In this document: positions 1-8,936 of the stretch, one piece after another | Numbering within the stretch: the stretch's first letter is position 1 | Layout: each line of letters begins with the position of its first letter | Assembly: GCA_040904605.1 (NCBI GenBank) | Contig: JBBDTA010000137.1 | Coordinates: 9,284-73,283 of the forward strand | Length of the DNA stretch: 64,000 bases | Direction of reading: 5' to 3' | DNA from: Paenibacillaceae bacterium | GTDB lineage: Bacteria; Bacillota; Bacilli; Paenibacillales; UBA4045 | Translations under genes and position numbers: made by a program | The notes under the pieces: model-generated | Told to the model about the DNA's origin: nothing | Seen by the model: only the letters and a program-made list of their open reading frames with translations | Databases searched by the model: none

Positions 1-529
1 TCCCGAATTAAAGCCAGAAGGCTTGGAATTTATCGGTCCGCATGAAAAGGCGCATTTGCCCTTAATTCTGCAATTTATTCTCGCTGAAATCGGCATTGAT
101 CTGATGCGCATGGCTGCTGTGCATACACCTGCCCCGCTTGCAACTGCGATGGGGCTAATTGCCGCGATTCTGATCGGAGATATTGCTGTGAGGACAGGGT
201 TATGGGTGAATGAGGTTATTCTCTATATTGCAATTGCTGCCATCGGTATGTTCGCCACACCGAGCTATGAATTGAGCCTCGCTAACCGCATGGTTCGGTT
301 GCTGCTGCTCGTATTAGTCGCAATATTCAAAGTTCCTGGTCTGGTTGTAGGGACAACTGTAATTTTATTGATTCTGATCCTTCAACGCTCCTTCAATACA
401 CCATATATGTGGCCATTCATTCCCTTTAATGCCAAGGCGTTATTCACGGTGCTTGTGCGGCAACCTTTTACACAGATGAAGAAGCGACCAAGTATTAACA
501 AAACATTGGATAGTACTCGTAGACCATAG
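1..529 (+). CDS. spoVAF: Spore germination protein, GerA/SpoVAF family, C-terminal membrane part (5' end lies outside the window)
   Basis: The frame is open from base 2. The translation is a hydrophobic GerA-family C-terminus. It sits directly upstream of lysA, as spoVAF does in B. subtilis. Confidence 0.7.
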   Translation, partial: PELKPEGLEFIGPHEKAHLPLILQFILAEIGIDLMRMAAVHTPAPLATAMGLIAAILIGDIAVRTGLWVNEVILYIAIAAIGMFATPSYELSLANRMVRLLLLVLVAIFKVPGLVVGTTVILLILILQRSFNTPYMWPFIPFNAKALFTVLVRQPFTQMKKRPSINKTLDSTRRP

Positions 530-605
530 TGGTTGCTTGTTTTCATAGAGCAGTATATGTTAATTTAAGAGTATTCATCAAAAACTTTCAGGAGGAACGT
601 AAAAG

Positions 606-1943
606 ATGCATCTTCATGGGACGAGTCGCATTAATGGACAGGGGCACTTGGAAATCGGTGGCTGTGACACAACAGCACTTGCAGAGCAATATGGAACACC
701 ATTATATGTGATGGACGAGGCATTGATTCGTCAGCGAGCGCGTGAATTTACGAAGGCTTTCGAGGCTTCTGGACTCAGGTTTCAGGTTGCTTATGCGAGT
801 AAGGCATTCTGCGTAATGGCGATGTGTAGACTGGCAGAGCAAGAAGGTTTATCACTGGATGTTGTTTCCGATGGAGAGCTGTTCACTGCACTGAAATCAG
901 GCTTTCCAGTAGATCGTATTCACTTTCATGGTAACAATAAATCTCCTTTCGAGATTAAGATGGCAGTGGATGCGCAAATCGGTTGTTTTGTTGTAGATAA
1001 TTTTACAGAACTACATCTCTTGAATGAAATAGCCGGGCAACGGGGTAGAAGAGTGAAGATATTGTTCCGTGTAACGCCAGGCGTTGAAGCGCATACACAC
1101 GAATACATCTCAACTGGCCAAACCGATTCGAAATTTGGATTTGACATAGGTAATGGACAGGCTAAACAAGCGATTGAAGTAGCTAAGGGGTTATCGAATA
1201 TTGAGATTCTAGGTATTCATTCTCATATCGGTTCGCAGATCTTCGAGGTTGAGGGGTTCCGTATGGCTGCTGAACGTGTAGCAGAATTCGCAACGAATAT
1301 CCGTAGTGAGCTTAATGTCACTCTACAAGTCATCAATCTAGGTGGAGGCTTCGGCATTCGATATAAAGAAGGGGATACACCACTTCAGATTAGCCAATAT
1401 GTGCAAGCGATAACCAACGCTATTAAGGATTGCTTCGGTCAAGCTAATTATCCGTTACCAGAAATATGGGTTGAGCCGGGTCGCAGTATGGTTGGTGATG
1501 CTGGAACAACGTTATATACGATAGGCACATACAAGGATATCCCTGGGGTTCGTAAATATGTGGCTGTCGATGGTGGGATGACAGACAATCCACGTCCTGC
1601 TCTGTATGAAGCGGTCTATGAGGCTATGCTCGCGAATCGAGCGAATGAAGAGAGTGAAGAGGTCGTGTCTATTGCAGGTAAAGCATGTGAGAGTGGTGAC
1701 ATGCTCATCTGGGATTTGTCATTACCTAAATCCAAATCGGGTGATATTCTTGCAGTATCCTGCACAGGCGCTTATAATTATGCGATGGCCAGTAACTATA
1801 ATCGAATTCGCCGCCCAGCGGTTGTCTTCGTCCAGGCTGGTCAAGCAGACTTAGTCGTTCAACGTGAGTCACATGATAATATAGTGGATAATGATTTGAT
1901 TCCGGAACGATTACAGAAAACTACAACAGCAGCTGCGAACTAA
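606..1943 (+). CDS. lysA: Diaminopimelate decarboxylase
   Basis: 445 aa with PLP-enzyme motifs (YASKAF, HSHIGSQ, GGGFG, EPGRS, CESGD). SD AGGAGG lies 7 nt upstream of the ATG. Confidence 0.95.
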   Translation: MHLHGTSRINGQGHLEIGGCDTTALAEQYGTPLYVMDEALIRQRAREFTKAFEASGLRFQVAYASKAFCVMAMCRLAEQEGLSLDVVSDGELFTALKSGFPVDRIHFHGNNKSPFEIKMAVDAQIGCFVVDNFTELHLLNEIAGQRGRRVKILFRVTPGVEAHTHEYISTGQTDSKFGFDIGNGQAKQAIEVAKGLSNIEILGIHSHIGSQIFEVEGFRMAAERVAEFATNIRSELNVTLQVINLGGGFGIRYKEGDTPLQISQYVQAITNAIKDCFGQANYPLPEIWVEPGRSMVGDAGTTLYTIGTYKDIPGVRKYVAVDGGMTDNPRPALYEAVYEAMLANRANEESEEVVSIAGKACESGDMLIWDLSLPKSKSGDILAVSCTGAYNYAMASNYNRIRRPAVVFVQAGQADLVVQRESHDNIVDNDLIPERLQKTTTAAAN

Positions 1944-1987
1944 ACTCGTGGAGGGTTACGCAACGTGCGAGAAGGAGAAATTTATTC

Positions 1988-2419
1988 ATGGGTAAGCAAG
2001 CGAAGATCACAATGGAGAATGGCGCGGAAATTGTTATTGATTTATTCGAGAAGGATGCTCCGAATACGGTAGCTAACTTTGAGAAATTAGCAAACCAAGG
2101 CTTTTACAATGGATTGATATTCCACCGTGTAATACCGGGCTTCATGGCTCAAGGTGGTTGTCCTACAGGTACTGGTACCGGTGGTCCAGGCTACCAAATT
2201 GACTGCGAGATCAACTCGAATAAACATGTGCGTGGAACGTTGGCCATGGCACATGCTGGACGCAATACAGGCGGTAGTCAGTTCTACATCTGCTATGGTC
2301 CTCAACCACATCTGAATGGTCAACATACTACTTTTGGTATAGTGGTCTCTGGCATGGAGAATGTAGACGCGATTAAAGGTCGCGATAAGATGGAAAAAGT
2401 AGAAATTATCGAAGCATAG
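1988..2419 (+). CDS. ppiB: Peptidyl-prolyl cis-trans isomerase, cyclophilin type
   Basis: 143 aa with cyclophilin motifs ([19 protein letters not shown]). SD GAAGGAG is upstream. Confidence 0.93.
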   Translation: MGKQAKITMENGAEIVIDLFEKDAPNTVANFEKLANQGFYNGLIFHRVIPGFMAQGGCPTGTGTGGPGYQIDCEINSNKHVRGTLAMAHAGRNTGGSQFYICYGPQPHLNGQHTTFGIVVSGMENVDAIKGRDKMEKVEIIEA

Positions 2420-2446
2420 GAATAGGGTAAATAAGGTGGATCGCAA

Positions 2447-2656
2447 ATTAACGCAGCAGTTAGCGCTATAGTGCAGCATAAGTGTTCTAATTGTTGTTGG
2501 TAAGTAACATTTGGAGTGATTAACGCAAGTTTCAGCGCTATATCTCCGTCTAGACTGCGCTATAACGCTGAAACTTGCGCTGTTGATCGATATCGGAAGA
2601 TATGTGGGTGATTTAGCGAATATGTACCGCAGAATAGCGCCAAGTGTTGCGTTAAT
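2447..2656. repeat. Nested imperfect palindrome made of four copies of a 24-nt box (ATTAACGCA-N6-AGCGCTATA)
   Basis: Direct copies lie at 2447-2470 and 2519-2542. Inverted copies lie at 2557-2584 and 2633-2656. All are symmetric about position ~2551.5. The inner arms 2523-2542/2561-2580 pair at 18 of 20 positions (14 bp, one C-A mismatch, 4 bp). Confidence 0.7.
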
Positions 2657-2696
2657 CGAAGTATGCTGTGTAACATGTATAATTGCACTTGTCTAA

Positions 2697-2740
2697 GCAT
2701 AAGAAAGACCGTTCGGATCACCGAACGGTCTTTCTTATGC
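2697..2740. terminator. Perfect 20-bp stem / 4-nt loop hairpin, possibly the ppiB terminator, with no clear U-tract
   Basis: GCATAAGAAAGACCGTTCGG-ATCA-CCGAACGGTCTTTCTTATGC. It lies 280 nt after the ppiB stop and no other terminator intervenes. Confidence 0.45.
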
Positions 2741-2845
2741 TTGAATAGCCGAGAAAAACTGAATAGATTACAGTTTTTTTGTGGTTTTGCGAGTACAGCT
2801 GTATTCATCGATGAATCGAATTTGCTGTGATGTAAAAAGGAACGA

Positions 2846-2874
2846 TTGACCAACAATTATGGAAATGGTAAACT
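2846..2874 (+). promoter_or_regulatory. Putative sigma-A promoter of the IclR-family gene
   Basis: TTGACC (2846-2851), 17-nt spacer, TAAACT (2869-2874). It lies about 87 nt upstream of the ATG at 2961. Confidence 0.4.
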
Positions 2875-2960
2875 GAGAGTAATAATTACAAAACCAAGTT
2901 TTGCATACAAAACCATTTTTAATCCCTGTGACCGCAAGGGCATAAAAATTTAGGAGGTTT

Positions 2961-3707
2961 ATGGACAAAAAATATTGGGTTCCTTCCCTAGACAAAGCGC
3001 ATCACATACTCGAATTAATTGCTGCAGAACCATATGCACTAAGGCTCATTGATATTTCCCAAAGGCTAAGTATCCATAAAAGCTCGATGTTCTCTTTGCT
3101 GCACACGATGGAGGAGCTCCGTTGGGTTGAACGTGACAAGGGAGACACCTATGGACTGGGTTCCTTTCTTGCCCCACTCGGAAGTGTATACTTTCGACAA
3201 TTTGATCTTGTATCGCAGTTTCATCACGAGGCTTCGAACGTGAAGGAGCGAATCGGTGAAACTCTTCAACTTGCCAAGCTGGAAGGAAACCAAGTGCTTT
3301 ATCTAGCTAAGGAAGAAGCGGTTTCCCCTGTGAAATTAACCTCAGAGCCGGGAATGAAGCTTCCCGCACACGCAACTGGACTGGGACTCTCGTTGCTCTC
3401 AACTCTTAGTAATTCTGATTTGCTCTTATTATACCCAGAGGAGCAGCTGCAGACGATGACCCCTAACACAATATCTACTCGTACGGAGCTACTATCACGG
3501 CTTCTCAGTATTCAGCAGGACGGCTATGCCTTAGATTTGCAGGAGGCAGTAATCGGATTCAGCTGTGTAGCCGCCCCTATACGAGGAGCAAGTGGCGAGG
3601 CTATAGGGGCGGTAAGCTGTTCGATGCCACAGCATCATTGGGCGGACAAACTGGAGCTCGCTCAAGAGGAAATTTGTAAGCTGGCCCAACGACTCTCGCT
3701 ATATTGA
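2961..3707 (+). CDS. IclR-family transcriptional regulator
   Basis: 248 aa with an N-terminal winged HTH and a C-terminal IclR effector-domain pattern. SD AGGAGG is upstream. Confidence 0.85.
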   Translation: MDKKYWVPSLDKAHHILELIAAEPYALRLIDISQRLSIHKSSMFSLLHTMEELRWVERDKGDTYGLGSFLAPLGSVYFRQFDLVSQFHHEASNVKERIGETLQLAKLEGNQVLYLAKEEAVSPVKLTSEPGMKLPAHATGLGLSLLSTLSNSDLLLLYPEEQLQTMTPNTISTRTELLSRLLSIQQDGYALDLQEAVIGFSCVAAPIRGASGEAIGAVSCSMPQHHWADKLELAQEEICKLAQRLSLY

Positions 3708-3754
3708 TAAGAAAGCATCATTAATATCATATTTATAATGAAAGGGTGAGACAC

Positions 3755-4528
3755 ATGAGATTAGCTGGGAAGATCGCTCTGATTACGGGCTCAGGTTCGG
3801 GTATCGGCAGGAGCTCAGCGTTACTATTTGCACAAGAAGGGGCTAAGGTCGTTGTGAATGATCTCAACGCGGAGAAGGGTGCGGAAACTGTCCGTGAGAT
3901 TCTCACAGCTTCCGGAGAAGCCATCTTCATTCATGCGGATGTGACGAACGCAGATGCGGTTAAGAGCATGGTCCAGCAGGTGGTAGCACAGTATGGGCGA
4001 ATCGATGTGTTGTTCAACAATGCAGGTATTAGTAATGTTGGAGCATTACACGAGGTAGAGCCAGAGCAATGGGACCGAATTATGAGTATCAACGTTAAAG
4101 GGGTTTATCTTCCTAGCAAATTTGTTATTCCTTATATGATGGAGCAGCAATCAGGGAATATCATTAACATGTCCTCTTGTATTGCAGAGATTGGACTGGC
4201 ACGTAGAGCCGCCTATGCAGCTACGAAGGGTGCTATATTAGCGCTTACCAAATCGATGCAGGTGGATTATGCACCCTATGGAATTCGAGTGAATGCTCTT
4301 CTACCAGGTACGATATTCACACCTTTTGTTGAAGCCTATTTGAAGTCCTCTTATGACGACCCTGAAGCCGCTATTGAATCCCTGAAATCAAGACAGCTTA
4401 GCGGGGACCTAGGAAAGCCGGACGATGTAGCGAGAGCCGCTCTATTCCTGGCTTCTGATGAATCGAAATTTATGATGGGCTCTCCGTTATACATAGATGG
4501 TGGAGTCGTTTTCGGAAAGAATGCTTAA
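3755..4528 (+). CDS. Short-chain dehydrogenase/reductase (SDR) family oxidoreductase
   Basis: Motifs TGSGSGIGR (TGxxxGxG), NNAG and YAATK (YxxxK). The ORF track starts at GTG 3746, but ATG 3755 has better SD spacing. Confidence 0.88.
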   Translation: MRLAGKIALITGSGSGIGRSSALLFAQEGAKVVVNDLNAEKGAETVREILTASGEAIFIHADVTNADAVKSMVQQVVAQYGRIDVLFNNAGISNVGALHEVEPEQWDRIMSINVKGVYLPSKFVIPYMMEQQSGNIINMSSCIAEIGLARRAAYAATKGAILALTKSMQVDYAPYGIRVNALLPGTIFTPFVEAYLKSSYDDPEAAIESLKSRQLSGDLGKPDDVARAALFLASDESKFMMGSPLYIDGGVVFGKNA

Positions 4529-4589
4529 CATAGTTGTAGTCGCAGTCATAGTTTTATCATCATATAATTCATAGAAAGGTAGTGTAGCA

Positions 4590-5504
4590 ATGAAGCTATT
4601 AACATTCGTTCAAGACCATCAGTTCAAGCTAGGAGTAAAGACTGACCGAGGAGTTCTTCATGTCTCTGCTGCTTCTAACCATTACTCCATCTCAGGTGTG
4701 CCACAATCCGTCCACGAGGCAATTGAGAGTGGGGATGCAGGGATTGCGGCACTACAGCAGCTTGTAGATCGCGCCCTCTCCACAGGAGATACTACAGTTC
4801 CTTACTGGCTTGATGAAGCTAGCTTACAGTGGGGTCCTTGTGTCACTCATCCGAATAAAATAATCTGCATCGGACTTAACTACCGCAAGCATGCGGAAGA
4901 GACGAATTTACCGATTCCTGAATATCCGATCCTGTTCAACAAATTTAACAATACATTGACTGCTCAAGGTCATGATATCGAGCTGCCAAGAACTTCCGTG
5001 AAGGTGGATTACGAGGCGGAGCTGACGATTGTTATTGGCAAAAAAGCGAAGTATGTGTCCCGTGAGGATGCTTTGAGTTATGTATATGGCTATTGTAATG
5101 TTAACGATTTATCTGCTCGTGACCTCCAGATGCGCACCCAACAATGGCTGCTTGGTAAAACTTGTGACGACTTCTCACCACTAGGTCCTTATCTGGTAAC
5201 GGCCGATGAAGTGGGTAATCCGAATGATCTGAAGATCAAATCGATTGTCAATGGCGAGGTGCGGCAGAATTCCCATACTTCGGATATGATTTTTCCTTGT
5301 GATGAGATCGTAAGCTATATTTCACAGCATTTTACATTGATGCCTGGAGATATTATCTTAACGGGGACACCGGAGGGAGTCGTCATGGGTTATCCACCGG
5401 AGAAGCAGGTTTATTTGCAGGACGAAGACGTGGTGACAATTGAGATCGAGAAGCTGGGATCATTAACCAATCGGATGGTAGCGGAACGGTATATCGGAAG
5501 ATGA
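4590..5504 (+). CDS. Fumarylacetoacetate hydrolase (FAH) family protein
   Basis: 304 aa with a FAH-fold C-terminal domain (GLNYRKH, DYEAEL, GTPEGV). Confidence 0.85.
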   Translation: MKLLTFVQDHQFKLGVKTDRGVLHVSAASNHYSISGVPQSVHEAIESGDAGIAALQQLVDRALSTGDTTVPYWLDEASLQWGPCVTHPNKIICIGLNYRKHAEETNLPIPEYPILFNKFNNTLTAQGHDIELPRTSVKVDYEAELTIVIGKKAKYVSREDALSYVYGYCNVNDLSARDLQMRTQQWLLGKTCDDFSPLGPYLVTADEVGNPNDLKIKSIVNGEVRQNSHTSDMIFPCDEIVSYISQHFTLMPGDIILTGTPEGVVMGYPPEKQVYLQDEDVVTIEIEKLGSLTNRMVAERYIGR

Positions 5505-5513
5505 TGGTTTTTA

Positions 5514-5542
5514 TAGACATTTGTATAATGTCTAGGTATAAT
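5514..5542 (+). promoter_or_regulatory. Putative sigma-A promoter of the rib operon
   Basis: TAGACA (5514-5519), 17-nt spacer, TATAAT (5537-5542). It lies just upstream of the FMN aptamer. Confidence 0.55.
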
Positions 5543-5557
5543 ATTGCTGATATAAGT

Positions 5558-5851
5558 CATTCTTCGGGGCAGGGTGAAATTCCCTACCGGCGGTGATGTG
5601 TTCGGATTCAAGTCCGAGCCTTAGTCCGTGACCCGGTCACTTGTATAGGTGACCGGTGGATCTGGTGTAAATCCAGAGCCGACAGTTAAAGTCTGGATGG
5701 GAGAAGAATGCACGGATGAAGTATTCCCTATAACATTAGGACTTGTACCTTTTTTCACAATTGTGATGAGAGTCAAGTTTACTTTGAATCGACCGTGTGA
5801 ATTTTCCATTATGCCCCCAAGCTGAAGCTGGTGGGCATTTTTCTTTTTTTT
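5558..5851 (+). promoter_or_regulatory. FMN riboswitch (RFN element) with its intrinsic terminator
   Basis: The conserved core reads CTTCGGGGCAGGGTGAAATTCCCTACCGGCGGT ... CCGACAGTTAAAGTCTGGATGGGAGAAG. P1 pairs 5558-5565 with 5703-5710. A terminator hairpin at 5811-5838 is followed by a T-run to 5851. Confidence 0.93.
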
Positions 5852-5874
5852 CTCATGAGAAGGGGGTTAACACG

Positions 5875-7011
5875 CTGGATGTAATTAACGATCAGAAATA
5901 TATGCGATTGGCGCTGCAGCTTGCAGAGGCCACTCAAGGTCAAACCGATATGAATCCGGTAGTCGGTTGTGTAGTGGTTAAGAGTGGTCGTGTTGTAGGG
6001 ACAGGCGCTCACCTGCAGAGAGGTGGACCTCACGCTGAAGTTCACGCATTGAATATGGCTGGTAAAGAGGCAGAAGGATCTACTGTGTATGTAACGTTGG
6101 AGCCTTGCAGCCATCATGGAAGGACACCGCCATGTGCGAATAGACTCATTGAAGATAAAGTGAGTCGAGTGGTAGTGGCAACGATAGATCCAAACCCAGT
6201 GGTAGCTGGAACGGGAATCGCTAAGCTTCGGGAGCATGGAATAGAAGTAGTTGTAGGAGTTATGGAGCAAGAAGCGCGAGCTTTAAACCTTATTTACGAA
6301 AAATATATGTTAACCCAATTACCTTATGTAACGATGAAAACGGCATGCTCCTTAGATGGTAAGATAGCGTCTCGCACGGGTGACAGTAAATGGATTTCTA
6401 ATGATGCTTCCCGTCAGCTCGTTCATACGATGCGACACCAGCATCAAGCTATTATGGTTGGTATTGAAACAGTTCTTGCTGACAATCCCAGCTTGAATAC
6501 GAGATTATCCGTACCGAGCCTTCAACCTATCAGGATCGTTGTGGATAGTAAGTTAAGAACGCCAGACGAAGCACAGGTTGTTACAACTGCCGAGGAGAAT
6601 CGTACTATCATACTTACTACAGAACTAGCCTCACAGCAACGTCAGTTTGAATTAGAAGGTAAAGGTGTGAGGGTCATCCGATGTGGAGCAGGACCTCATG
6701 TAGACTTGAAGCTGGCGATGCAAAAGCTAGGCGAGCAAGAAATCAACTCCATCCTGCTTGAGGGTGGTGGAAGATTGAACGGTGCAATGTTAGAAACGGG
6801 TCTAATTGATCGTATATATTTATTCTATGCACCACTATTCATCGGAGGTAGTGAAGCTCCAGGAGCTTTTTCATTCAATGGAATTGCTAGCATTGGCGAT
6901 GCTATTCAGCTTGAAGGGCTGAGCCTGCAACAGATCGATAACAATTTCTGTGTAAGTGGTTATCCATCTAATCGCTGGAAGGGGACGAGCTTATGTTCAC
7001 AGGAATCATAG
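5875..7011 (+). CDS. ribD: Bifunctional diaminohydroxyphosphoribosylaminopyrimidine deaminase / 5-amino-6-(5-phosphoribosylamino)uracil reductase
   Basis: Deaminase motifs HAEVHAL and PCSHHGRTPPC. The start is uncertain. The track's GTG 5797 lies inside the riboswitch terminator. SD AGAAGGGGG (5858-5866) fits CTG 5875. The next ATG is 5902. Confidence 0.9.
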   Translation: MDVINDQKYMRLALQLAEATQGQTDMNPVVGCVVVKSGRVVGTGAHLQRGGPHAEVHALNMAGKEAEGSTVYVTLEPCSHHGRTPPCANRLIEDKVSRVVVATIDPNPVVAGTGIAKLREHGIEVVVGVMEQEARALNLIYEKYMLTQLPYVTMKTACSLDGKIASRTGDSKWISNDASRQLVHTMRHQHQAIMVGIETVLADNPSLNTRLSVPSLQPIRIVVDSKLRTPDEAQVVTTAEENRTIILTTELASQQRQFELEGKGVRVIRCGAGPHVDLKLAMQKLGEQEINSILLEGGGRLNGAMLETGLIDRIYLFYAPLFIGGSEAPGAFSFNGIASIGDAIQLEGLSLQQIDNNFCVSGYPSNRWKGTSLCSQES

Positions 7012-7652
7012 AAGAGATCGGCAGTCTACGATCGGTTCAATCCAAAGGACAATCGATGGTATTAACTATTGAAGCAGACAAAGTACTCGAGGGTATCCGA
7101 TTAGGTGATAGTATTGCAGTAAACGGAGTATGTCTTACTGCAGTGGCCTATGATACTCACTCTTTCTCTGTAGACGTCATGCCTGAAACCTACCGGCAGA
7201 CGAATATATCCAAGCTAGGGCATGGTGCACGCGTGAATCTGGAGAGAGCGATGCAGATCGGAGGACGATTCGGTGGTCACATGGTTCAAGGTCATATCGA
7301 CGGCTGTGGAGCGATCCGTTTACGTAACAATGAAGAGAATGCAGTTGTTTATACAATCGAGCCGAACGATAAGAAATTGCTTCGTTATATTATTGGTCGA
7401 GGATCGATTACGATAGATGGAGTAAGCCTAACTGTCGTTCGTGCGGATGAAACCTCTTTCACCGTATCTATTATCCCTCATACTCTAGCTCAAACTATAT
7501 TGAAGGATAAACGTTCAGGGGATGTTGTGAATTTAGAGACGGACATTCTGGGCAAATATATCGACCATCTGATGAACTACAAAGAGTCATTAAACCCGAA
7601 CAAGAAAAGTCCAATAACAGAAGCTTTCCTAGCAGTGAACGGATTCATCTGA
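6993..7652 (+). CDS. ribE: Riboflavin synthase alpha chain
   Basis: 219 aa with an MFTGIIEEIG N-terminus and a duplicated lumazine-binding domain. Confidence 0.95.
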   Translation: MFTGIIEEIGSLRSVQSKGQSMVLTIEADKVLEGIRLGDSIAVNGVCLTAVAYDTHSFSVDVMPETYRQTNISKLGHGARVNLERAMQIGGRFGGHMVQGHIDGCGAIRLRNNEENAVVYTIEPNDKKLLRYIIGRGSITIDGVSLTVVRADETSFTVSIIPHTLAQTILKDKRSGDVVNLETDILGKYIDHLMNYKESLNPNKKSPITEAFLAVNGFI

Positions 7653-7689
7653 TTTTAGTGACATAAATTAAGTGTAGGAGGGAAGCAAC

Positions 7690-8910
7690 ATGAAGAACAC
7701 TAAATTAGATTCCATTGAATCTGCTATCTATGATCTGATCCTCGGTAAAGTTGTTATTGTGGTTGATGACGAAGACCGTGAGAATGAAGGGGATTTCATT
7801 GCTCTAGCTGACAAGGCTACACCAGAGGTCATCAATTTCATGATTAGTGAAGGTCGAGGTTTGGTCTGTGTGCCCATTACAGCAGAGCGTGCCGCCGAGC
7901 TCGATTTACCACTGATGGTTATGCAGAATACCGATGCTCACGGTACAAACTTCACGGTATCTATAGATTATTACAACACTTCAACGGGAATATCAGCTCA
8001 AGAGAGATCCATAACGGTAAAAGCTCTGATTCAGCCGAATACCAGGTCTTCAGAATTTCGTAGACCGGGACATATGTTCCCATTAATTGCCAAGAAGGGC
8101 GGCGTTCTTAGGAGAGCTGGTCATACGGAGGCTGCTGTGGATCTGGCTATCATGTGTGGCTCTTATCCGGCAGCTGTCATCTGTGAAATTATTAATGAGG
8201 ATGGCACCATGTCAAGAGTCCCAGATTTAATGAAACTTGCGAAAAAGCATGATCTAAAGCTGATTTCCATTCAGGATCTTATTAAATATCGGAATGAGAA
8301 GGAGAAGCTTGTACAACGTGTTGTTGAAGTGAAGATGCCCACGGATTATGGTACATTCACTACAGTAGGGTATACGAATGAGGTAGACAATAAAGAACAT
8401 GTCGCTTTGGTAAAAGGAAAAATTGATGGAGACCTGCCTGTATTGGTTCGTATGCACTCCGAATGTCTCACAGGTGATGTCTTTCACTCACATCGATGTG
8501 ATTGCGGACCACAGCTAGCAGCAGCGATGAAACAAATTGATGAAGCGGGATCAGGTGTTATTGTTTACCTTCGTCAAGAGGGTCGGGGCATCGGATTGCT
8601 AAATAAGTTGAAGGCTTATGAGCTTCAGGAGCAGGGATTGGACACGGTTGAAGCGAATATTAAGTTGGGGTTTGCTCCTGATCTTCGTGATTATGGGATT
8701 GGAGCGCAAATTCTGAAGGACTTGGGTGTAAGACAAATTCGATTGCTTACGAACAATCCACGCAAAATTGTTGGTTTGGACGGTTATGGTCTACAAGTTG
8801 TGGAACGAGTACCTTTACAAGTAGAGTATAACGAGGATAATGATAAATACATGAATACCAAAAAATATAAAATGGGACATTTACTCGACCTACAAGAGCC
8901 GAGAAAATAA
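7690..8910 (+). CDS. ribBA: Bifunctional 3,4-dihydroxy-2-butanone-4-phosphate synthase / GTP cyclohydrolase II
   Basis: 406 aa with the DRENEGD motif and the zinc site [18 protein letters not shown]. Confidence 0.95.
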   Translation: MKNTKLDSIESAIYDLILGKVVIVVDDEDRENEGDFIALADKATPEVINFMISEGRGLVCVPITAERAAELDLPLMVMQNTDAHGTNFTVSIDYYNTSTGISAQERSITVKALIQPNTRSSEFRRPGHMFPLIAKKGGVLRRAGHTEAAVDLAIMCGSYPAAVICEIINEDGTMSRVPDLMKLAKKHDLKLISIQDLIKYRNEKEKLVQRVVEVKMPTDYGTFTTVGYTNEVDNKEHVALVKGKIDGDLPVLVRMHSECLTGDVFHSHRCDCGPQLAAAMKQIDEAGSGVIVYLRQEGRGIGLLNKLKAYELQEQGLDTVEANIKLGFAPDLRDYGIGAQILKDLGVRQIRLLTNNPRKIVGLDGYGLQVVERVPLQVEYNEDNDKYMNTKKYKMGHLLDLQEPRK

Positions 8911-8936
8911 ACAAACTTAAAGGAGATAGGTGAATC

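Noticed and set aside
529-711. 60-aa ORF overlapping the lysA start, and the 9508-9801, 17729-18010 and 27426-27930 alternative-frame ORFs
   Set aside because: They overlap confidently called genes in other frames, lack an SD, and have improbable composition.
3730-3743. 14-nt ATTTATAATGAAAG shared between the SDR upstream region and the resA upstream region (15355-15368)
   Set aside because: The match is short, AT-rich and centred on a TATAAT -10 box. It is plausibly a coincidental promoter similarity.
5797-5874. GTG 5797 as the ribD start (ORF-track coordinate)
   Set aside because: It would put the FMN riboswitch terminator stem and its T-run inside the CDS. It also has no SD.
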